Origin: Candidatus Woesebacteria bacterium
Lineage (GTDB): Bacteria > Patescibacteriota > Microgenomatia > UBA1400 > PJMF01
Assembly: GCA_050123235.1 (NCBI GenBank)
Contig: JASFHL010000006.1
Location: forward strand, 1,707-65,706
Reading direction: 5' to 3'
DNA: 64,000 nt
Part shown: positions 20,669-29,511 of the stretch, one piece after another
Numbering within the stretch: position 1 is the first letter of the stretch
How the letters are laid out: each line of letters starts with the position of its first letter
Program-made: the position numbers and the translations under genes
Notes under the pieces: model-generated
What the model was told of the DNA's origin: nothing
What the model saw: only the letters and a program-made list of their open reading frames with translations
Database searches by the model: none

Positions 20669-21613
20669 TTAACTAATTTCCTCCCAATGGTAATTTTTAA
20701 AAACCCAATCAATAATTTCTTTTGTTTCTCTGTAGCGGTCTTGACTATTCATTAGAACAATTAAAATTTGATGATTATCTCTTTCCAATAAAGTAATTAA
20801 TACTTGGCCTGCCCATGGAGTAGTGCCAGTTTTTAAACCTCTTACGCCTTCTTCACTGCCCAGTAGATCATTAGTGTTATAAAGATAATGCTTGATCCGT
20901 CCAGTAGTATCAGTGACTATAATTTTTTTCTGTTCTACCAATTCTTTTAAAAATGTGTTTTTCAAAAACTCACGACTAATAATAGCTAAATCAAAGGCAG
21001 TGCTTTGGTGATTCTGATCATCTAAGCCAGAAGGATTGGTAAATCTAGTATTTTCTAGATGCAAAGCTTCCGCCATCTGGTTCATTTCCAAAACAAAACC
21101 AGCATAACCTAAGGGATGATTACTAGCTAAAACAAAGGCAGCATCATTGGCTGAAGCAACTAGTAAGCCAGTCAAGAGTTCTTTAACAGCAATTTGTTCT
21201 TTAAGTCTTAAACCCATGGTATTTCCTTGAGTAAAAGCTTCTTTATTAACAACTAGGGTGCGATTATCAGGATATGTTTTGGCAGCTACTAAGGCAGTCA
21301 TTAGTTTGGTAGTTGAAGCAGGGTAGCGCAAGCTACGAGCTTCTTTTTCTAACAGAATAGCTGAAGATGCTAAGTCTATGACCAAATAACTTTGGGCAGT
21401 CAGTTGGGCTAGTTGATTGTCCTGAATAGCTAATTCCGTGGAATTGCTAGCAGTTCTCACGGCCACTGGTGATGGTTTAATTAAATCAAGAGTGATTTCT
21501 TGACTTAATTGGCTTTGAGAATCAACTTCTTGTCCATAGACTACAGACTGAACTAAAAAAAATAAACAAATAAAAAGAATAGTTAAATACTGATCAAAGC
21601 GTAATTTTGGCAC
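20669..21613 (-). CDS. dacA: D-alanyl-D-alanine carboxypeptidase (peptidase S11)
   Basis: Signal peptide; SxxK (PASTTK), SxN (SAND), KTG (KTGTT). Confidence 0.93.
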   Translation of the reverse strand: MPKLRFDQYLTILFICLFFLVQSVVYGQEVDSQSQLSQEITLDLIKPSPVAVRTASNSTELAIQDNQLAQLTAQSYLVIDLASSAILLEKEARSLRYPASTTKLMTALVAAKTYPDNRTLVVNKEAFTQGNTMGLRLKEQIAVKELLTGLLVASANDAAFVLASNHPLGYAGFVLEMNQMAEALHLENTRFTNPSGLDDQNHQSTAFDLAIISREFLKNTFLKELVEQKKIIVTDTTGRIKHYLYNTNDLLGSEEGVRGLKTGTTPWAGQVLITLLERDNHQILIVLMNSQDRYRETKEIIDWVFKNYHWEEIS

Positions 21614-21661
21614 AAATATTATTCTATAGAAAAATTTAATAAGAAGTAAGATGCTTATAGA

Positions 21662-23536
21662 TTAAATTTTTATCAATTCTGGCTTTTCCAATTTTAAAAA
21701 ATCCTTCATTGACATCACTACCGAGCGATCATGGCGACCAACATTGAAAGCCATAGTTTTTTCTTTAGCTAAATCAGAATCTAAATAGGTTTTAAGCTGT
21801 ATGCTAGAACCAAAAGGTGGAATGGCACCAATTTCTAAAGCTGTTCTTTCTTTAACCTCTTCTTTTGAGGCCATAGTTAATTTACTTTCATTAAAATATT
21901 TTTTCAAAAGTTTAAAATCAGCCTTTTTATTTCCCGCTAAAACAAATAAAACATATTTTTTATTTTTATCTTTACCTAATCTTAAAACTAAAGCCTTAGC
22001 ACCTTGATGTGCAGCTGTTCCTCTAATTTTGGCTGCTTCTTCACTGGTATAAACAGGTTCATGAGCAAAATATTGATAATCAGCGCCACTGTTTTGTAAT
22101 TTATTGACAATAAAATCATGTGGACTTTGGCTCTCTACAGCAACAGCGATACCTAATTCATCAAGTTGATCAGCTTCCACTACGCTTGGCGCTGACATCA
22201 CGGCTGTGCGTCCAGTTGAGGTCATTGGGAAGGCAATCACTTCTTTTAATGAACTTTCTCCTGCCAATAACATCACTAAACGATCAATACCTAAAGCAAT
22301 GCCACCATGAGGAGGAGTCCCAAGTTCAAAAGCTTTGAGCATATGGCCAATACTATCTTCTATTTCTTGATCACTATAACCCATTATTTTAAAAGTAGAT
22401 TTAAGTAGTTCTGCTGTATGAGCGCGGATACTACCGCCACCTGCTTCATAGCCATTACAGACCAAGTCATACTGAGCAGTGATGATTTTATCAATATTAC
22501 GGCCTGCTAGATGATCCTCTATATGCTCTGGCAACGGGCTACTAAAAGGGTTATGAGTGAAAGTCCAGCCACTCTTGCCATCTTGTACTTCAGCAGCATC
22601 TTCTTTATCTACTTTTTTAAAAAAAGGAAAATTTACTACCCAAGCAAATGCTAAAACACCTTTCTTTTTTTCTTTTTCTGTTCTGAGATCAAATTTATCA
22701 TCCCCATATTTTTTAAGGGCATCTTGATAATTAATGACTGGAAAAGTCTCATCTTTGAGTTTGCCACCAACTGCTTTGATAGCAGTCTTGACCAATTCTT
22801 CTACTACTTGCATCACTTCCTCTTGACTAGCAAAGCTTAGCTCTAAATCAAACTGAGTAAACTCAAAACCTCTGTCAGATCTTAAATCCTCATCACGAAT
22901 ACAACGAGCAACTTGGAAATATCTTTCCAGCCCTGCAGTCATTAATAGCTGTTTATATTGTTGAGGGCTTTGAGGTAAAGCATAAAACTTACCCAGCTGA
23001 AAACGAGAAGGGACAATAAAGTCTCTAGCACCTTCTTTGGTTGATTTAGTTAAGATTGGTGTTTCAACTTCTACAAAATCTTGCTTGAACAAATGCTCCC
23101 TTAAAGCCCTAATAAATTCTGACCTCAGACGCATAATCTTTTGCATTCTATCTCGTCTCAAATCTAGATAGCGGTATTTCAATCTCACTTCTTCACCGAT
23201 TTCCTTACCATCACCGTCAAGAGAAATTGGCAAATCAATTGATTTGTTCAAAATCTTGTAACTTTCAAGTTCCAGCTCAACTTTACCGGTAGCAATCTTT
23301 TCATTAAAGTTAGCCTTATCTCGTTGTTTGACTATGCCAATCACCTCTACCACAGATTCAACTGTTAAATCTCTTAATTGATTATCGACTCCCACGCATT
23401 GAATGAACCCTGTTCTATCCCTTAAATCAATGAAAGTAACTTTACCATGATCACGTTTACTATTCACCCAGCCTTGGAGCTTAATCTTTTTACCAACAGA
23501 TTTGGGGGCATGGTGGATGAGTGTGCGTGTCTGCAT
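21662..23536 (-). CDS. aspS: Aspartate--tRNA ligase (GAD-less, probably non-discriminating) fused to a C-terminal YbaK/YeaK-family editing domain
   Basis: RDHG, FIDLRD, RLKYRYLDLRR, EGARDF, LPQSPQQYKQLLM, PPHGGIALGIDR; then about 155 aa with IRGT..QGAKALV, GAIPPFG, AFNVG. Confidence 0.95.
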   Translation of the reverse strand: MQTRTLIHHAPKSVGKKIKLQGWVNSKRDHGKVTFIDLRDRTGFIQCVGVDNQLRDLTVESVVEVIGIVKQRDKANFNEKIATGKVELELESYKILNKSIDLPISLDGDGKEIGEEVRLKYRYLDLRRDRMQKIMRLRSEFIRALREHLFKQDFVEVETPILTKSTKEGARDFIVPSRFQLGKFYALPQSPQQYKQLLMTAGLERYFQVARCIRDEDLRSDRGFEFTQFDLELSFASQEEVMQVVEELVKTAIKAVGGKLKDETFPVINYQDALKKYGDDKFDLRTEKEKKKGVLAFAWVVNFPFFKKVDKEDAAEVQDGKSGWTFTHNPFSSPLPEHIEDHLAGRNIDKIITAQYDLVCNGYEAGGGSIRAHTAELLKSTFKIMGYSDQEIEDSIGHMLKAFELGTPPHGGIALGIDRLVMLLAGESSLKEVIAFPMTSTGRTAVMSAPSVVEADQLDELGIAVAVESQSPHDFIVNKLQNSGADYQYFAHEPVYTSEEAAKIRGTAAHQGAKALVLRLGKDKNKKYVLFVLAGNKKADFKLLKKYFNESKLTMASKEEVKERTALEIGAIPPFGSSIQLKTYLDSDLAKEKTMAFNVGRHDRSVVMSMKDFLKLEKPELIKI

Positions 23537-23593
23537 GAAGAGTATTATAGTCGAAAGCAGTCGCTTTCTTCAAGGAAAAACTAAGTATAATTT

Positions 23594-25108
23594 TCAGTGA
23601 TTAGCCATCTTAGCTTCAAATGGCATATTAACTGTATATTCTGGTTTAAATCTATCTACTTCCGCGTGTCTTCTATCTTCATCATTTATCGCAATACTTC
23701 CTAGAATCAATTGTCCTTCTACTACTTGAGGAAAATAACGGGCATTATAAACGTCAACATTTTTTATTCTATAAACAACTTCTGGATTTTTTAAATCTAT
23801 TGCCACTAAAACATCATAATTTAAAGTAGCACCTTCCTGATGATTTGCTCTTACTACAATTAAATCTTGTCTGCCGAGTCTAATATAACTAGGAGACGAT
23901 AAAAAATTAACTCCATAAGCTGTCAAATCAGCAACTGGCTGCCAGCTGGCATCTTCTGCAGCTGAAGTAGCAAGATATAGCCTCTCGCCGTCAGCTTTTA
24001 TGATTTGATGATTCGGAGTAATACAAAAATTAGAGTTATGTCTACATGCTAAACCATCACTGCCTTCTTCTCGAAGAATGCTGAATTCACCTGTTCTTGG
24101 ATCAAGTTCAATTTGAGCTTGCCTAATACGGCCATCTTGATCACCTGCTGTAATTCCTTCATCAGTATGCATTTTTGTTCTCAAATTCCCATCTTCAACT
24201 CTAAATTGAGATTTTACTCTACTAGAAGAAATAGATTCATAAGTCAAACAAGTAAGTTGATAAGTATTCTCTGTGCCTGGTACCAGAGTGAGACTAAAAC
24301 GATCGCCATAAGGATCAGTATAACCCGGGAGAGCTTCTTCAACCATAATTACTGGTTCAGAGATAGTACGGGAACCATCCTCATTAGTTTTGATGCTTAT
24401 GGCTTCAATTTGATCGCTGGGTACTCCATTGCTCACAATATGTCTTTTATAAACTATGAAAACAATATCTGTTGTAATTCTGCTAGAAAGAATAGGATTA
24501 TCAATAGCTTCATAGTTATATGCATCTCTGTATACCCATGGAGCAATTACCTCATGATTGGCTACTGATCCATCAGTATTATATGCTACCCAATATAAAC
24601 CGCGACCATCATCTGGCCAAACAAAGCCACTTTCTCCAAGATAGGCAATAGAAGAAAGTCCAGCTGCTGTAGACTGTTCTATCCAATTTAAAACGTAAAT
24701 TGGCACTTGATAACCTAGTTCTCTTTCTAAGATTACTACTCTTCCAAGTTCATCATTATCAAAGACAGCCCTCTCCAAAAACATTTCACCTACAATACCC
24801 CAGTTAGTATCCATAGTCCTACTAACAACTGTCGCTCCTGCAGCAGAACTTGCCTGAACATGATCAACACTAAGCCATAAATTATCAGGCTCTTTAGGTG
24901 GTAAATCAGCATGACCTGTTTGAACAAATAATTCTTTATATGGTTCTGGTGAGGAAGTACTTTCTAGTGAAGAGGTCTCTTGAGCAGTAGCTTCTTCGCC
25001 TGGGAATAGTCTCCTCCCTGTAACTAGTGCTCCAACCATGGAAGCTGTTCCTTTAAGCCATTCTCTTCTGTTCAAAGGTTTTCTTAAAAAAGACTTTTCT
25101 TCAGACAT
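23594..25108 (-). CDS. Orphan exported protein with twin-arginine-like N-terminus
   Basis: NRREWLK followed by a short hydrophobic stretch; beta-rich acidic body; no recognised family. Confidence 0.7.
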   Translation of the reverse strand: MSEEKSFLRKPLNRREWLKGTASMVGALVTGRRLFPGEEATAQETSSLESTSSPEPYKELFVQTGHADLPPKEPDNLWLSVDHVQASSAAGATVVSRTMDTNWGIVGEMFLERAVFDNDELGRVVILERELGYQVPIYVLNWIEQSTAAGLSSIAYLGESGFVWPDDGRGLYWVAYNTDGSVANHEVIAPWVYRDAYNYEAIDNPILSSRITTDIVFIVYKRHIVSNGVPSDQIEAISIKTNEDGSRTISEPVIMVEEALPGYTDPYGDRFSLTLVPGTENTYQLTCLTYESISSSRVKSQFRVEDGNLRTKMHTDEGITAGDQDGRIRQAQIELDPRTGEFSILREEGSDGLACRHNSNFCITPNHQIIKADGERLYLATSAAEDASWQPVADLTAYGVNFLSSPSYIRLGRQDLIVVRANHQEGATLNYDVLVAIDLKNPEVVYRIKNVDVYNARYFPQVVEGQLILGSIAINDEDRRHAEVDRFKPEYTVNMPFEAKMANH

Positions 25109-25380
25109 AGATTACTATTATAACTTATAACTTTCTAATTAATTAAAAACAATTACTAAATCTGGAGATACTAGATTAAAATTATAGCAGCAACTGTAGC
25201 CACTCATCCAAAATTCATTTAAGAATCTGCACTTGCTTTTTTGATATGGATATGTGATCATATTTTTTTAATGATAAAAATTAGTTGTTGGCACGTCACC
25301 CGTTATCAAATGGTCATCTTCTCTAAGAGAAGAGTGGGGGCGTGATTTATCATTAAATTTAAAAAATAACTAAAAAACGA

Positions 25381-25405
25381 CCCCGCAAAAAAAGCGGGGC
25401 TTTTT
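25381..25405 (+). terminator. Intrinsic terminator (possibly bidirectional)
   Basis: CCCCGC-A7-GCGGGG followed by CTTTTT and preceded by an A-tract. Confidence 0.75.
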
Positions 25406-25504
25406 GATTTTAAGAAGTAATTATTAATTAGTAAGCGGAATTTTATAGCAAACTGTTTAAAAAAATTACTTAAAGCAGCTATAAAAATTCTGAAAGGAGG
25501 CGAA

Positions 25505-25717
25505 ATGTCACCCGTCAGGCCAACCCTCAGCAGCTCCAATCTAAAGACCTTATATTATCTGGCCTTAAACTGTTGCAAAGGGCAGAATCAAAGGCCCAGT
25601 TTATTTGAATATAAACAAGATCAAAGTAGCTTTGAAAGGGTGATGATTGCCATCAATAAAGCTAAGCGTAAGAATAGTTATTTTAAAAACTACGCCAATG
25701 CGATGATGAAAGAATAA
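25505..25717 (+). CDS. Possible 70-aa small protein inside the structured region
   Basis: AAGGAGG lies 4 nt before the ATG, but the ORF is tiled by hairpins and has no recognisable motif; it may be non-coding. Confidence 0.35.
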   Translation: MSPVRPTLSSSNLKTLYYLALNCCKGQNQRPSLFEYKQDQSSFERVMIAINKAKRKNSYFKNYANAMMKE

Positions 25718-25899
25718 AAAGTGATGGGTTCACTCAGCTCATTCAAGATGCAATGAGCTGAGTAAAGTTATCATTGCGTTGTGCTAATGGGCGCTTCCTT
25801 TCGATTGGTAAAGCAGACAACCCTCCGGGGGCATTTTTCCCAGCTCTTAAAAAACACAACCCTTTAGTAAAAAATCATAGTCTCTGCTAAAATTTAATT

Positions 25900-27147
25900 A
25901 TGTCAAGACAATCCTTCATTCGCTACTTAGTAGTAATCCTCATCACCACTGCCATCATTGCTCCCTTAAGCATTCTTTTATCTAAAAAAATTGATTTCAA
26001 TCAAGCTGATCCCTTCACCAACCCTTTTGTAGACCAAGCAAAACAAAAAGAGCTACCACTGCTACAATATTCCATCCCTAATCTAAAAAAAAGAGCCTAT
26101 TACCCCAGTCAAATTAAAATTGAAAGCTTAATTGACGAATTTGAAGAATACAATGCCTATCTTTTTTCCTATACGACCATGAATAAAAAAATGACTGGCC
26201 AGCTCAATATCCCACACACTGCTTATACTAAAAATAAATCAGCAGTGATTATCATGCTACGCGGTTATGTACCCAAAGAAATTTACCAATCTGGAGTTGG
26301 TACTAAAAATGCAGCTGCTGTTTTGGCTAAAAATGGCTACATTACTTTGGCGCCTGATTTTTTTGGTTTTGGAGACAGTGCTGAAGAACCAGAAGATAGC
26401 TGGGAGGGGAGATTTATCAAACCCATTAATGTGATCGAATTAGTTGAAACAGTTAAACAAAATCCTAAAATCAAAATCCCTGAAGACTTAGCTGCGACTG
26501 ATACTGCTAAAGAAAGTGTAAAAACTGATAGTGAGACAGAAGCTGAGCAAGAAGAAGACGAATCAGAAAAAACAGGACCTAGCATTAAACTTGATCCTCA
26601 GAAAATTGGTATTTGGGCTCATAGTAATGGCGGACAAATCGCGCTCACTACTCTGGAAGTTCTATCAGAAGAGATCCCGACTACTCTCTGGGCACCGGTG
26701 ACAGCACCTTTTCCTTATTCAATCTTGTTCTTCAGCGATGAAGTAGAAGACGAGGGCAAAGAAAGCCGAGCTTGGGTAGCTTTATTTGAAAAAGATTATG
26801 ATGTTTTTGATTTCAGCCTCACTCAGCACCTTGATAAGCTCACTGGACCATTACAAATCCATCATGGCACTAGTGATGATGCAGCTTTAATTGCTTGGTC
26901 GGATGAATTTGTAAGCAAAATTAAAAAAGAAAACCAAAGACGAAAAGAATTATCAGCAGAATCAAAAATGCAAAATTCCGATTCTAAGCAAAAAGAAAAA
27001 ACAGATGAAGATCAAGAAGAGATAGAACTTCCTCTAAATCAAATCCAGGTTACTTACCATCGTTATCCTGGGGCTAATCATAATCTACAACCAGCTTGGG
27101 ATACGGCCGTAAAAAGAGATTTGGACTTTTTTGCAGAAAATTTATAA
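25900..27147 (+). CDS. Membrane-anchored alpha/beta hydrolase (S9/dienelactone hydrolase-like)
   Basis: N-terminal TM, APDFFGFG, nucleophile elbow AHSNGG, HHGTSDD, YPGANH. Confidence 0.88.
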   Translation: MSRQSFIRYLVVILITTAIIAPLSILLSKKIDFNQADPFTNPFVDQAKQKELPLLQYSIPNLKKRAYYPSQIKIESLIDEFEEYNAYLFSYTTMNKKMTGQLNIPHTAYTKNKSAVIIMLRGYVPKEIYQSGVGTKNAAAVLAKNGYITLAPDFFGFGDSAEEPEDSWEGRFIKPINVIELVETVKQNPKIKIPEDLAATDTAKESVKTDSETEAEQEEDESEKTGPSIKLDPQKIGIWAHSNGGQIALTTLEVLSEEIPTTLWAPVTAPFPYSILFFSDEVEDEGKESRAWVALFEKDYDVFDFSLTQHLDKLTGPLQIHHGTSDDAALIAWSDEFVSKIKKENQRRKELSAESKMQNSDSKQKEKTDEDQEEIELPLNQIQVTYHRYPGANHNLQPAWDTAVKRDLDFFAENL

Positions 27148-27153
27148 ATAGCT

Positions 27154-28266
27154 CTATTGGCTCTTTTCCCCATCATTTATCAAAACCGTTCCTTGCCTAA
27201 GATTCTCGATGCGTTCAATCTTTCTTTCCATTTGTTTACTTCTAGTAGTAGTCAGTTTTTCAAAACCAGTTTTTAAGGTATCGATAGATCTACCAAATTT
27301 GCTAAATTCATCTTTAAAGCGTCGCCATTCTTTGACAAAATCATCAACATATTTAACCACTTCCTTAAGCTTATCTCCAATCATAAAATTGCGATAACTC
27401 TCAATTACTGTTCTAGCTACAATCAAAAAAGTAAAAGGAGAAACAATCAGCACTCGTTTAGCAATCGCTGCATCTACAATATCTGGAAATTTTTGATTAA
27501 TAAAAGAAAAAACCATTTCATTGGGCACAAAAAGAATTGCATAATCTAAAGTGTCTTGTTCTGGATCAATATATGCTGCCACTTTATCAATCTTAGTTTT
27601 TAAATCTTTGCTAAACTGCTTGAGATGGCTGGCTTTAGCTGATTTAGTTTCTGCCAGACTCATTTTCTGAATCTCTTGATAGGGGAATTTGACATCAACC
27701 GGCACATTGCGTTTATTAGGTAAGAGCAAAGTAATATCGGGCTTTAAAGCTGAAGAACCTAATTTAGCTTGCCTCAAATAATGAGTGCCTTCTACTAAAC
27801 CATTGCTGACTAATAGATCTTCAATAATACGCTCTCCCCATTCACCTCGTTGTTGATTATTGGATAAAACCGTAGCTAACTGATGGGTAGACACTTTTAA
27901 ATCCTCAGCTAAACGTCTGTGTTGTTCCAAAGAAGTACTCAGTTCACTGAATTTTTTGACTCGATCTTTTTCTAAAAGCCTGATTTCTTCTTGTCGGCTG
28001 TTTAAATCTTGCTGGAGCTGCTTAACTAATTTTTCAAAAACCTTTTGTTTATTTTCTAAATCAGTTTTAATTGTTTCCTTTTCACTAGCTAAAATTTCCT
28101 TACTCTGCTTGGCGATTTTATTAGCACTCATGCCAAAAACTTGATTAATCATATCTTCCAGTTTATCAGTAGGCTTTTGCTCAAACATCAACTTTTTGAG
28201 TAGAAAATAGAGGCTCAAAAAACCGAGCACAATAGTAAATAAAATTAAAATTAAATCAATAGACAT
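27154..28266 (-). CDS. rmuC: DNA recombination protein RmuC
   Basis: TM plus coiled coil, RGEWGE, KPD..LP, VDVKFP, FVPNE, VSP. Confidence 0.93.
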   Translation of the reverse strand: MSIDLILILFTIVLGFLSLYFLLKKLMFEQKPTDKLEDMINQVFGMSANKIAKQSKEILASEKETIKTDLENKQKVFEKLVKQLQQDLNSRQEEIRLLEKDRVKKFSELSTSLEQHRRLAEDLKVSTHQLATVLSNNQQRGEWGERIIEDLLVSNGLVEGTHYLRQAKLGSSALKPDITLLLPNKRNVPVDVKFPYQEIQKMSLAETKSAKASHLKQFSKDLKTKIDKVAAYIDPEQDTLDYAILFVPNEMVFSFINQKFPDIVDAAIAKRVLIVSPFTFLIVARTVIESYRNFMIGDKLKEVVKYVDDFVKEWRRFKDEFSKFGRSIDTLKTGFEKLTTTRSKQMERKIERIENLRQGTVLINDGEKSQ

Positions 28267-28319
28267 AAGTTAAAGATAGTATACTGAGATAGTGTCTACT
28301 TGTCAGTTTTAATTTAACT

Positions 28320-28787
28320 ATGAGCAAAGCCCGATCCCGCCTTAGATTGAAACAAAAAAAAAGAACCACCACTAGAGCTGGTTCTAGGTTAAAAAAAATT
28401 AATAAAAAAAGAATATCAATAGATGCATCGATTTTTAAACGATATATACAGCATCTACCCACACTATTTGTATCTTTGCCTTTTTTTTATGCTAGTGGCT
28501 ATATTTTGACAAAAATCTATCCTAGTGAAATCAAAAATTTATTGCTCAGTAATGCCTATTTGCCATTACAAATAACTGTTTTTTTAGCTAACTTTTTCTT
28601 TTTTAGTTTTTTAACTCTGAAAACTAGAAGAGGCTTATTAGTTAGCCTCTGCATCAGTACTTTTTTATTTTTAAAATTGGAAAAAGTAATCATTGATTAC
28701 ATTTTAGTTTCATCTATTTTGTTATTTTTTGTTATAATTGAATTAATTTTAACTTACTTAGAAAAAAATAATGCAAACTTCAAGTAA
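28320..28787 (+). CDS. Membrane protein with basic N-terminal tail
   Basis: R/K-rich N-terminus and about four TM helices; overlaps the next gene. Confidence 0.7.
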   Translation: MSKARSRLRLKQKKRTTTRAGSRLKKINKKRISIDASIFKRYIQHLPTLFVSLPFFYASGYILTKIYPSEIKNLLLSNAYLPLQITVFLANFFFFSFLTLKTRRGLLVSLCISTFLFLKLEKVIIDYILVSSILLFFVIIELILTYLEKNNANFK

Positions 28788-29133
28788 AAAACTCGCAAGG
28801 CAAACTAAAACTGAAATCTCAAGTCAATTAATTTCCCTAATCTCTGATCTCCAACACCCAGCAGAAATTGAACAATTTATTCAAGACTTTTTTACCGAAA
28901 CTGAAATTATAGTTTTTGCCAAAAGACTATCAATTGCTTATCTACTCTCTCAAGGCAAGTCCTATCAAGAAATCAAGGATGAGCTTAAAGTTTCCAGTGC
29001 CACCATCTCAGCTGTAGCAGAAATTAAAGATAAAAAAGGCATTAAACTAGCTATGAAAAAAATAAAAGCAGATCAAAAATATCAGCAGCAGGCTGAGAAG
29101 ATTTGGAGGGTGGTAAAAAAGTTTAGGAATTAA
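28771..29133 (+). CDS. TrpR-like (YerC/YecD) HTH protein
   Basis: FTETE...KRL.IA..L..GKSY.EI...LKVSSATIS. Confidence 0.88.
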   Translation: MQTSSKKLARQTKTEISSQLISLISDLQHPAEIEQFIQDFFTETEIIVFAKRLSIAYLLSQGKSYQEIKDELKVSSATISAVAEIKDKKGIKLAMKKIKADQKYQQQAEKIWRVVKKFRN

Positions 29134-29195
29134 GGTTTAGGATTACAGAGATATAGATAATAAAATCACAAAAAAAACAAAGATATAGTAATTTA

Positions 29196-29357
29196 TTACT
29201 GCCAAGGATTTTCATCATTTACAGGTACACTGAGAATGACATAGCCGCAATAATTACATTTTTTACCATTTTCTATCTGCTGCATATTTCCAATCTCACA
29301 TCGAGGACAGTTTCCTGATTTTTCTGTAGTTGGTTCCTCTTCTTTTCTAGTAATCAT
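29196..29357 (-). CDS. 53-aa zinc-ribbon small protein (absent from the ORF track)
   Basis: MITRKEEEPTTEKSGNCPRCEIGNMQQIENGKKCNYCGYVILSVPVNDENPWQ; two CxxC; AAGGA Shine-Dalgarno upstream. Confidence 0.7.
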   Translation of the reverse strand: MITRKEEEPTTEKSGNCPRCEIGNMQQIENGKKCNYCGYVILSVPVNDENPWQ

Positions 29358-29496
29358 TTTGAAATCCTTTTAAAAATTTATTAATCAGTCTAATTATAGC
29401 AAATTAGCTTAATTTTTCAAAAAAGATAAAATTTTGCTATCAGTTTGCACAAAAATAAAACTACAGCCAAAACAAAGCTGACTATTCCTTCAAAAT

Positions 29497-29511
29497 TGCT
29501 ATAATACTCCC
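29497..29511 (+). promoter_or_regulatory. Extended -10 promoter giving a leaderless metG mRNA
   Basis: TGcTATAAT ends 6 nt before ATG 29512; no Shine-Dalgarno. Confidence 0.7.

Larger units (their letters stand above)
25267..25850 (+). ncRNA. Candidate large structured RNA or structured mRNA locus of unknown class
   Basis: Many stems in an otherwise empty 790-bp intergenic gap; G-U pairs favour the + strand; long-range helix 25491-25502 with 25792-25803. Confidence 0.45.

Noticed and set aside
25306-25539. 77-aa minus-strand ORF
   Set aside because: It crosses a terminator and several hairpins, has no RBS or promoter, and its composition looks like translated AT-rich DNA.
25267-25850. Assignment of the structured region to tmRNA, RNase P RNA, SRP RNA, T-box, c-di-GMP riboswitch or a group I/II intron
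   Set aside because: Hallmark sequences were not found on either strand (GAGGAAAGUCC, a tRNA-like T-arm with CCA end, the SRP helix-8 context, the T-box bulge, domain V). The CGAAAGGAAGC on the minus strand is better explained as the anti-SD helix.
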